Shown here: piece after piece, positions 24,992-32,000 of the stretch | Numbering within the stretch: the first letter of the stretch is position 1 | How the letters are laid out: each line of letters opens with the position of its first letter | The notes under the pieces: model-generated | Told to the model about the DNA's origin: nothing | Database searches by the model: none | What the model saw: the letters and a program-made list of their open reading frames with translations, nothing else | NCBI GenBank assembly: GCA_963841015.1 | Contig: CAWJAX010000004.1 | Span: 12,040-44,039, forward strand | From: an uncultured Methanoregulaceae archaeon | Lineage (GTDB): Archaea; Halobacteriota; Methanomicrobia; Methanomicrobiales; Methanospirillaceae | Length of the DNA: 32,000 nucleotides | Direction: 5' to 3' | Position numbers and translations under genes: made by a program

Positions 24992-25256
24992 GCCTCATAT
25001 TGGCGTTCTGGCAGGGTTTCTGAGGTCCGGAGGGGGTAAATATGTGGTAAAAACAATCTCGATTTAAAGTCCTTTGATGGCCAATAGGCGAGGTGAAAAT
25101 CTGCCTTAATTTGGCAAACAAAGCGAATATTGGGCATATTCTCCATACGAAACGAAAAGAAGCGTTTTACGGGTTTTTCCGGTATTGGTAAAATATATCT
25201 GGACGGGAAAAGGAGTCCATTTTGGGCGTATTTTCTCTCATGGCACTTAGCATCCA
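24982..25256 (+). repeat. Intergenic repeat family, copy C (5'-truncated relative to A and B; begins at the HxlR stop)
   Basis: GAAAAAATGAGCCTCATATTGGCGTTCTGGCAGGGTTTCTGAGG aligns with copy B GAAAAAACGAGCCTCATATTCTCGTTCTGGCTGGGTTTCTGAGG. The alignment continues to ...TCATGGCACTTAGCATCC, just before the stop of 25259..25744(-). Confidence 0.75.
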
Positions 25257-25258
25257 AA

Positions 25259-25744
25259 TTATTTCTGCCCAATCCGCTTTTGTGTAGTTATGAGGTATTT
25301 TGTCACATCCTTCAAACAGCACCCGCCGGAGGGGTTGTTCCGCTCACAGTTGCACCCAGCTGTTTTCATCCTGCTCATGATATCCTCAACCGCCAGACTC
25401 TTTCCGGTCCGGGTAATCTCATCATCGATCTTTTTCTGTGTCCATCCATAACAGTAGCATAGAGGGACAGGATCTTCGGTCTCCTTGATACCGACCCGTA
25501 CATTCACGTCTCCTTTTTCAATATACTCGTCAGTGTCGTTGTTGAAGTAAACCACCGCACAGTCCGGTGTGTGGCAGAATGAAAAGCCATCCGGAGATGC
25601 CAGCAGGGACCGGCGTTTTTCTCTTACGAGTGATTCCACGGAGATCCTTGTTACCGGAGTACCGGGATTCCCGCACACCAGGCATACTGGTTTTATATCG
25701 GGCTTTTTCGGGCCACAACAACAGGAGTGCTGGTTTTTTTCCAT
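25259..25744 (-). CDS. Cys-rich metal-binding protein resembling the CopZ N-terminal (Zn/[2Fe-2S]) domain family; putative metallochaperone
   Basis: 161 aa containing SCCCGP, CLVCG, CHTPDC, CYCYGWT and CNCERNNPSGGCCLKDV. The assignment to the CopZ-NTD-like family is from memory. It is divergent from cooS. Confidence 0.6.
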   Translation of the reverse strand: MEKNQHSCCCGPKKPDIKPVCLVCGNPGTPVTRISVESLVREKRRSLLASPDGFSFCHTPDCAVVYFNNDTDEYIEKGDVNVRVGIKETEDPVPLCYCYGWTQKKIDDEITRTGKSLAVEDIMSRMKTAGCNCERNNPSGGCCLKDVTKYLITTQKRIGQK

Positions 25745-25897
25745 TTTAAATTCTCCTTATATAGTACTACAGATTTTTGTTCTCATGCTTTATGAAAGAT
25801 AATCCCTGAAAATCTACCTGAAATTATCTGCATGATAAAATATTTTCTCACTAGCGATTTTTGAAAATCAGGGGAGGGAATATATACCCCGTTAACG

Positions 25898-25911
25898 GAT
25901 AACCAGTTATC
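25898..25911. promoter_or_regulatory. Perfect palindrome GATAAC-CA-GTTATC between a TATA-like box and the cooS start (candidate operator)
   Basis: Read directly. It is preceded by the palindrome CCGTTAACGG (25889-25898) and a TATA-like AATATATA (25879-25886). The cooS ATG is at 25935. Confidence 0.4.
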
Positions 25912-25934
25912 AACTGCCAGTGGAAGGATGCGTT

Positions 25935-27894
25935 ATGACCGAAGAACCAAAACCCCAGCTGATACGGGAGAAGCTCGATGTCTGCGAGCTCGATAAAGCC
26001 CGAATGGCAATCCTGAATCCTGCATTAATTGAGCAGAAGAAGAATGATCGTACAATCGACGAGAATGCTAAACCAGTCCTTGAACTGATGTTGCGGGAAG
26101 GCATCGAGACGGTCTGGGACCGGTTCGAGATGCAACAGCCTTCGTGTAAATACTGTCTTGCCGGAACATCCTGTTCGCGCTGTACCATGGGACCCTGCCG
26201 TATCATCCCGCCTAACCGTATCCGTGGTGTATGCGGTGCAGATGCCGACCTTATCGTTTCCAGGAACCTCCTGGACCTGATAGCAACCGGTTCCGCAGCC
26301 CATTCAGACCACGGCAGGGACATTGCTGAAACGCTCTATCTCGTAGGTACGGGGAAAACCAAGGATTACACCATTTCTGATCCGGTAAAACTTAAACGAA
26401 TATCAGAAGAGTTTGGGATAAAAACTGACGGGAAAAAACCAGAGCAGCTCGCTGCCGAGCTTGGCGGGGCCATGCTGGATGAGTATGGTATGCGAAAGAA
26501 TACCCTCCAGTTTCTCAACCGTGCCCCGAAAGCGACACGGGAGATATGGACAAAACTGGGCATCACCCCCCGGGGGATTGACCGTGAAGTGGTAGATTCG
26601 ATGCACCGCGTCCAGATGGGTGTTGGTGCTGACTATGTCAATATCCTGCTCCAGGGGCTGCGTACCAGTCTTTCTGATGGATGGGGCGGCTCGATGATCG
26701 GCACCGAGGTGTCGGATATCCTGTTTGGCACACCGACAATACAAAGCTCAACGATGAATCTTGCAGTCATGAAAGCAGATCATGTGAACATCTCGGTGCA
26801 TGGTCATAACCCGGTGCTCTCTGAAGTAATCGTGAAGGCGGTAGCTGATCCAGAGATGAAAGCACTCGCGCAAAAATACGGTGCAAAAGGAATCAATCTT
26901 GTCGGGATGTGCTGCACGGGCAGCGAACTGCTGATGAGAAAAGGCGTCCCGATGACCGGTAACCATCTCAACCAGGAACTGATCATTGCAACCGGCGCCC
27001 TTGAAGCGATGGTGGTGGACTACCAGTGTATTTTCCCATCGCTTCCCCGGACCGCAAGCTGTTTCCATACCCTGATCATATCAACAAGTTCGAAAGCTGA
27101 CGATACCTGGTTCGTACTTCTTCGACTTCCACGCTGAGGATGCATATCTGACAGCAAAAGCAATCGTGCGGATGGCAGTGGAGAATTTCAAGAACCGGAA
27201 CCCGCAGCGTGTCCTTATCCCGGGAGAACCCGTACCGGTTATGTCAGGATTCTCCAATGAGGCGATCAAGAACGCACTTGGAGGTTCATTTAAACCACTG
27301 ATCGACCTTATCGCTGCTGGCAAGATCCGGGGAGCAGTAGGCATTGTCGGGTGCAACAACCCGCACATTAAGCATGATTCCGGCCACATCGCTCTCACAA
27401 AAGAACTCATTAAGAAGAACATTCTCTGTGTTGAGACCGGTTGTGCTGCAATCGCATCAGGAAAAGCCGGGCTGCTGAGACCAGAAGCTGCATCGCTCGC
27501 AGGTAATGACCTCCGGGCGATATGTGAATCTCTCAAAATCCCCCCGGTGCTCCACATGGGCTCCTGCGTTGACAACTCCCGTATTCTCGTGCTCGCTGCT
27601 GAACTTGCCAATGCCCTCAACGTCCCGATCCATAAGTTACCTATCGCAGGTGCGGCGCCGGAATGGTATTCACAGAAAGCTGTCTCTATCGGAGCATACT
27701 TTGTTGCATCCGGTGTCTACACGGTGCTCGGGGTGATGCCTCATATCTCCGGAAGTCCTCCGGTAGTATCGCTGCTCACCGAAGGACTGAAAGGTGCCGT
27801 TAATGCGAGCTTTTCCGTTGAACCGGATCCGGTCAAGGCATCTGTGCTTATATCGGACCACATCGAACGCAAGCGGACTGAGCTCGGGATTTAA
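25935..27894 (+). pseudogene. cooS: Anaerobic Ni-Fe carbon monoxide dehydrogenase catalytic subunit (CooS), carrying one frameshift
   Basis: ORFs 25920..27137 and 27166..27894 are contiguous CooS parts. Conserved elements are CKYCLAGTSCSRCTMGPCRI, GVCGADADLIVSRN, SVHGHNP, GMCCTGSE, IVGCNNP and MGSCVDNSR. The second frame is open back to 27076 (…KLTIPGSYFFDFHAEDAYLTAKAIV), placing the frame change at about 27094-27100. Confidence 0.9.
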
Positions 27895-28806
27895 GTGTCC
27901 CCAACCATTAACCGTGCACAATCAACAGAAAAAAGCCATCTTTCCCCTCCTGGCGGAACGGGAATCCGGATCGTAATTACCGGAAAGGGCGGGGTCGGTA
28001 AAACCACCATTACCGCTCTTCTGGCCCACCTGTTTGCACAGGAAGGGTTCAGGGTCCTCGCTGTTGACGGGGATCCTCAGCAGAACCTTGCAGTCACCAT
28101 GGGTATTCTGCCGCAGGATGCAGAGCGGATAGTACCGGTTTCGCAGAGTACTGATTACCTTCGGGAAAAAACCGGCGCCGGCCCGGGAATATCCCCGGGG
28201 GGACTTCTTACCCTCAATCCTGATGTCAGTGATGTCATTGACCGGTTCTCGGTCAGCGTTGCCAAAAACCTCCGGCTCCTAGTGATGGGTGGCGTCAGCC
28301 AGGCTGGTGGCGGTTGTCTCTGTCCTGAGTATACGCTCCTTTCAGCTATCTTCCGTCATATGCGTCTTCTTCCTGATGAAGTAGTCCTTCTTGACACCCC
28401 GGCGGGAATGGAGCATTTCGGCAGAGCGGTCGCAGACGGTTTTTCCTGTGCGCTGGTCGTTGCTGACCCGTCCTATAATGCGCTCGCTGTCGCAGAGGAA
28501 TCTGCAGGGCTTGCACAGCAGCTGGGAATCCAGGATAGAATCCTGGTAGTAAACAGGGTACACAAGCAGGCAGAGGTTGATAAAATACAAGAAATGATGG
28601 AGGCAGTTACAGGATTTTCCCGGATGGTTTTTTTACCCTGTGATCCTGAAATAATTCATCTCGAACCTGCAGTCAACCGGCTCCTTTCACGTGAATCCGT
28701 GTTTATTGATGAAATGCGTTTACTTGCAGCAACAGTTGCTGCACAAGAAGAGAACAGGCCCTCAGCAGTGTTGAAAAAAAATTGCAGACAGGAACTGTCA
28801 AGATGA
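27895..28806 (+). CDS. cooC: CODH nickel-insertion accessory ATPase (CooC family)
   Basis: It has the P-loop ITGKGGVGKTT, DGDPQQNL, and the CxC motif GGGCLCPE. The GTG start lies directly after the cooS stop. The N-terminal 25 aa are unusual and no ATG is available, so the start is uncertain. Confidence 0.85.
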   Translation: MSPTINRAQSTEKSHLSPPGGTGIRIVITGKGGVGKTTITALLAHLFAQEGFRVLAVDGDPQQNLAVTMGILPQDAERIVPVSQSTDYLREKTGAGPGISPGGLLTLNPDVSDVIDRFSVSVAKNLRLLVMGGVSQAGGGCLCPEYTLLSAIFRHMRLLPDEVVLLDTPAGMEHFGRAVADGFSCALVVADPSYNALAVAEESAGLAQQLGIQDRILVVNRVHKQAEVDKIQEMMEAVTGFSRMVFLPCDPEIIHLEPAVNRLLSRESVFIDEMRLLAATVAAQEENRPSAVLKKNCRQELSR

Positions 28807-28896
28807 TGAAGCCTTGCTAAAAACATAATCTCCGTTTAAGATGAGCAGATCATTCCTGCCCATTGTCCTTTTTTTCCTTTGCTATTACAAAGCCAT

Positions 28897-29320
28897 TTAT
28901 GGGGTTTTCGGTTTCCCATGCCTATGATCGCCCGGTACCCACCGTCCCCCATCCTTTGTCAGCTCTTTTTTCCAGATGGGAACACCGGCTTTGATTGCCT
29001 CAATAATAAACCGGGATCCGGCGTAAGCCTCTTTTCGGTGTCCTGCAGCAACAATGATGATCAGTATATTCTCACCCACCGCAAGCCGCCCAATACGGTG
29101 GATGATATCGACATGCAGGAGCCGGAACTGTTCAGTCGCGTCTTTGGCAATTTTTTCCAGTTCCTGTGTTGCGACATCTTCGTACGCTTCGAGTTCCATC
29201 TCGGTAATATCGTCATCTCTGACGATACCATCGAAGACCACCACAGTCTCCCGTCCCCTGTTTCTTTGCTGCCTGAATGAGACCCCCGATATCGACATCA
29301 TCTGTCTGGATTGAAATCAT
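28897..29320 (-). pseudogene. moaE: Molybdopterin synthase catalytic subunit (MoaE), with a frameshift near the 5' end
   Basis: The tracked ORF gives ...ETVVVFDGIVRDDD...IIVAAGHRKEAYAGSRFIIEAIKAGVPIWKKE. A better N-terminus, MISIQTDDVDIGGLIQAAKKQGT, starts at ATG 29320 (AGGTGA upstream) in another frame. The two frames join at a C3 run (29250-29252, G3 on the coding strand). Confidence 0.85.
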
Positions 29321-29332
29321 GCTTCACCTTAA

Positions 29333-29610
29333 TTATCCTCCCGCAACCGGGGGAAAACTGCAATCTCATCACCATCGGTAACCGGGGTTTTTGCCGCATC
29401 AGCGATATCGATCCGTTTACCGTTTTTCATAAGGATGACAAACTCCCGAAACTCGCCTTTCTCATCAAAGATAGCAGCGTATCCCTCGGGATTTTTCTTT
29501 GCGACCGTGGTAATCAGCGGGGTGAACATTGTTCCCGCTGCCACATCAGTCATGATATCGCTCCCGAGCAGTTCACGGAACCGTGCAAAAAACCGGATCT
29601 TAACGCTCAT
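29333..29610 (-). pseudogene. moaD: MoaD/ThiS-type ubiquitin-like sulfur carrier (SAMP-like); a frameshift removes the C-terminal Gly-Gly
   Basis: MSVKIRFFARFRELLG...DGDEIAVFP, then RLREDN* as written. One extra C in the coding-strand C5 run (G5 at 29349-29353 on the plus strand) gives ...EIAVFPPVAGG*, the canonical terminus. The start overlaps the E1 gene's stop by 11 nt. Confidence 0.8.
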
Positions 29611-30361
29611 TTTTTCTCCTTGCTGGTGTCTTCTTTTCCATACCACCACACGCTACGCAGGCTGGGTTGCGTTCCACGCATATCTCCTCTGCGTGCGCCA
29701 GTAATCCATCCCAGATGATGAGACGCCCCGTGAGCATTTCACCGATACCGAGCAGGTACTTCAGTACTTCATTGGCCTGAACCGTGCCGATGATTCCTGC
29801 TGTCGCACCCACCACCGGGAATATTTCCTGTGGCGGGGGTTTGGGAAAGATGCATTTCAGGCACGGGGTTGTTCCGGGAATGATGGTGGTTGCCTGCCCG
29901 TAGAATCCCCGGATACCTCCATGGAAGAGCGGGATCTCCTCTGCAATTGCGACCTCGTTGAGCAGGTAACGGGCAGGATAGTTGTCCAGGGCATCTACAA
30001 TCCCATCAGCTTCCCCCACCAGGTCAGCAGCATTGGTTTCATCAATCTTTATATCGATGGCGTGGATCGTGATGTCCGGGTTTATTTCCTGTAATTTTTC
30101 CTGAGCGGACTCGGTTTTCTTCCTGCCGATATCCCGGTCGAAATGGAGGATTTGTCGGTTCAGGTTCGTCCGGTCAACCACGTCCGTATCGACAATGGTG
30201 ATTGTTCCTACACCCGCGACAGCAAGATAGAGGGAAACCGGTGATCCGAGGCCCCCCGCACCTGCTATGAAGATATGCGCTTTTTTAAGTCGTTCCTGTC
30301 CCTCATCCCCGAAGAGCAACATCTGCCGCTTGTATCGTTCGCGTTCACGTTCTGAAAACAT
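29600..30361 (-). CDS. ThiF/MoeB/UbaA-type E1-like adenylyltransferase
   Basis: YKRQMLLFGDEGQERLKKAHIFIAGAGGLGSPVSLYLAVAGVGTITIVDTDVVDRTNLNRQ contains the nucleotide-binding GxGxxG. The zinc motifs CLKC...CVAC lie near the C-terminus. Confidence 0.88.
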   Translation of the reverse strand: MFSERERERYKRQMLLFGDEGQERLKKAHIFIAGAGGLGSPVSLYLAVAGVGTITIVDTDVVDRTNLNRQILHFDRDIGRKKTESAQEKLQEINPDITIHAIDIKIDETNAADLVGEADGIVDALDNYPARYLLNEVAIAEEIPLFHGGIRGFYGQATTIIPGTTPCLKCIFPKPPPQEIFPVVGATAGIIGTVQANEVLKYLLGIGEMLTGRLIIWDGLLAHAEEICVERNPACVACGGMEKKTPARRKNER

Positions 30362-30400
30362 TGTTCACCGGAATTTTGGATTTGTTCCTGCAGTCCTGCC

Positions 30401-30835
30401 TTAATGATCGCAGGTGAGATCTTCAGCATGATCATGGGAATGGGGATGTTTCTCCTCCCATGGTTCCAGCCCTTTCTTTACACGGTAATCGTTGATTGCC
30501 TTGTGAATGCCTTCTTCGGCCAGAACCGAGCAATGCATTTTGATAGGGGGCAGACCATCAAGCGCCTCTGCGACTGCTTTATTCGAGAGATCCCATGCCT
30601 CCTCCAGCGTCTTTCCCCTGACAAGTTCAGTTGCCATGCTGCTGGATGCAATTGCTGCTCCGCAGCCGAACGTTTTGAACTTCGCATCAACTACGATGTT
30701 GTTTTCGATCTTCAAAAAGATCTTCATGATATCCCCGCAAACCGGGTTCCCGACCTCGCCAACCCCGTCAGGGTTTTCAATCTCCCCAACATTTCGGGGA
30801 TTCCTGAAATGATCCATCACCGTGTCACTATACAT
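30401..30835 (-). CDS. iscU: IscU/NifU-N-type Fe-S cluster scaffold protein
   Basis: MYSDTVMDHFRNPRNVGEIENPDGVGEVGNPVCGDIMKIFL...FKTFGCGAAIASSS...MHCSVLA contains the three conserved Cys. I chose the ATG at 30835, which overlaps the nifS stop by 8 nt. The tracked longer ORF start at 31117 runs through nifS. Confidence 0.9.
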   Translation of the reverse strand: MYSDTVMDHFRNPRNVGEIENPDGVGEVGNPVCGDIMKIFLKIENNIVVDAKFKTFGCGAAIASSSMATELVRGKTLEEAWDLSNKAVAEALDGLPPIKMHCSVLAEEGIHKAINDYRVKKGLEPWEEKHPHSHDHAEDLTCDH

Positions 30836-32000
30836 TGCATCCCCCTTCTTTTCCGCTCTTTTGGTAGAGCGGGGACATGTCCCGTAGTTTTTGTACGACT
30901 TTGGGGAGAATGTCGAGCACAATATCCACATCCCCTTCCTTATTTGCATCGCCCAGCGTGAGGCGGAGCGAGCCATGCGATATTTCGACCGGAAGCCCGG
31001 TCGCAAGTAATACGTGTGAGGGTTCAAGGGAACCGGATGTACAGGCACTTCCGGTTGATGCGCAGATACCTTCATCGTCCAGCCAGAGCAGCATCGACTC
31101 GCCTTCAATAAATTCAAAACTCACATTGAAGTTACCCGGCAGCCGTTTCTCAGGGTGCCCGTTCAGCCGTGCATTGGGAATTTTTTCCAGCACGCCTTTG
31201 AGGAGACGGTCCCGCATCGCTGTGATCGCTGCGTTGTGTCCCGGGATATCCGCAGTGGCAAGTTCGATAGCTTTCCCCAGACCGACAATACCGGCAATGT
31301 TCTCTGTTCCCGCACGACTTTTGCGTTCCTGGCCTCCACCATGAATAAGATTCTCGATCCGGACACCCTTTCTTATATAGAGTGCCCCTGCTCCTTTCGG
31401 GCCATAGAATTTGTGGGCAGAGAGGGAGAGCAGATCGATGTTTTGTGATTTCACATCAATCGGAATATTCCCTATAGCCTGCACCGCATCAGTATGGAAG
31501 TATATCTTGTGATTCCGGGCGATTGCACCGAGATCTCCAACGGGTTCTATTGTTCCGATCTCATTGTTGGCATACATAACCGAGATCAGGATCGTCTTTT
31601 CCGTGATAGCATTTTCCAGATCTTCAGGATTAACAAGACCGTACTGGTCAACCGGAAGATAGGTGACTTCAAAGCCTTCCTTTTCGAGAAACTTGCAGGT
31701 GTGGAGTACTGCGTGGTGCTCGATCTGTGTCGTGATGATGTGGTTACCACGCTTCCGGTTCGCAAGTGCCACTCCCTTGATCGCCCAGTTGTCTGATTCA
31801 CTCCCGCCAGAAGTAAAATAAATCTCGTCCGGGTCTGCACCCAATGCCTTTGCAGTCTGTACCCGGGCTGTTTCAATTGCCTTTTTCGAATGCCGGGCAA
31901 TGCTGTAAATGGAGGAGGGGTTGCCAAAATATTCCGTGAAGTAGGGGATCATGGCCTCCAATACCTCTGGTTTTACAAACGTGGTTGCAGCGTGATCCAG
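30828..32000 (-). CDS. nifS: Cysteine desulfurase (NifS/IscS class); the 5' end lies outside the window
   Basis: The frame is open to the window edge (LDHAATTFVKPEVLEAMIPYFTEYFGNPSS). The PLP-lysine context is SLSAHKFYGPKG and the active-site loop is STGSACTSG. Confidence 0.92.
   Translation of the reverse strand: MDHAATTFVKPEVLEAMIPYFTEYFGNPSSIYSIARHSKKAIETARVQTAKALGADPDEIYFTSGGSESDNWAIKGVALANRKRGNHIITTQIEHHAVLHTCKFLEKEGFEVTYLPVDQYGLVNPEDLENAITEKTILISVMYANNEIGTIEPVGDLGAIARNHKIYFHTDAVQAIGNIPIDVKSQNIDLLSLSAHKFYGPKGAGALYIRKGVRIENLIHGGGQERKSRAGTENIAGIVGLGKAIELATADIPGHNAAITAMRDRLLKGVLEKIPNARLNGHPEKRLPGNFNVSFEFIEGESMLLWLDDEGICASTGSACTSGSLEPSHVLLATGLPVEISHGSLRLTLGDANKEGDVDIVLDILPKVVQKLRDMSPLYQKSGKEGGCNV

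Noticed and set aside
24640-25272. A 210-aa minus-strand ORF
   Set aside because: It is antisense to the canonical HxlR gene and then runs through repeat copy C. It has no motif.
7982-29353. Programmed ribosomal frameshifting or recoding (Sec/Pyl) as the explanation for the split genes
   Set aside because: The breaks are true frame changes, not in-frame TGA or TAG codons. They occur in ten unrelated genes, with no shared slippery heptamer or downstream structure that I can see. Indel error or decay is far more parsimonious.
30404-31448. Plus-strand ORFs 30404..30961, 30877..31344 and 31155..31448, and the long version of 30401..31117(-)
   Set aside because: The plus-strand ORFs are antisense shadows of iscU and nifS. 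The 238-aa minus-strand ORF only becomes IscU-like from Met95 (ATG 30835), and its upstream part overlaps nifS out of frame.
1-32000. A search for rRNA, tRNA, CRISPR arrays and tandem repeats
   Set aside because: No cloverleaf-compatible segments, regularly spaced direct repeats or rRNA-like conserved blocks were noticed in the intergenic gaps. This was visual inspection only, so tRNAscan-SE, Infernal and a CRISPR finder should be run to confirm.

Overview
This is a gene-dense 32-kb window that looks like an anaerobic, methanogen-type archaeon. Supporting signs are AT-rich TATA-like boxes about 25-35 nt upstream of starts, apparently leaderless genes, ATGA/GTGA start-stop overlaps, and the gene content (iron-sulfur flavoprotein, Ni-CODH, E1-like/Ubl/MoaE genes, MTH895-type thioredoxin-like protein). 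The taxonomic call is inference only. Gene order from left to right: the 3' end of a P-type cation ATPase, a tandem-Usp gene, and a sodium:solute symporter preceded by an uncalled, overlapping 35-aa membrane ORF. Next come an AT-rich gap, a membrane protein, a CPA2/Kef-type antiporter, a broken membrane-protein gene and a rubredoxin-ISF fusion. A roughly 12-kb arsenic/thiophilic-metal island (9.9-21.1 kb) follows. It holds an arsR-abrB-arsF-like-arsG-like operon and a P1B ATPase with an unusual CSC transmembrane motif plus a CCSC/HMA protein. It also holds a second arsR divergent from an ArsP-like permease, followed by a Trx-like protein, a DGC protein, an FTR-like protein, a DUF2703-like protein, acr3, arsC, arsM and a second DGC protein. 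After the island come an ABC-2 exporter, a C39-like peptidase with two paralogous mini membrane proteins, HxlR, and a CopZ-NTD-like protein divergent from cooS-cooC. The window ends with a nifS-iscU-E1-Ubl(MoaD/SAMP)-moaE operon that runs off the right edge. Three cross-cutting observations stand out. (1) At least 10 frameshifts interrupt otherwise well-conserved genes, several at short homopolymer runs. This points to assembly indel errors or genome decay, and I cannot tell which from sequence alone. (2) A roughly 250-330 nt non-coding repeat occurs three times in the same orientation, each time 3' of a plus-strand gene. (3) A shared TTCAA-N6-TTGAA palindrome lies in both arsR divergent promoter regions. 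I found no rRNA, tRNA, CRISPR array, transposase or integrase.
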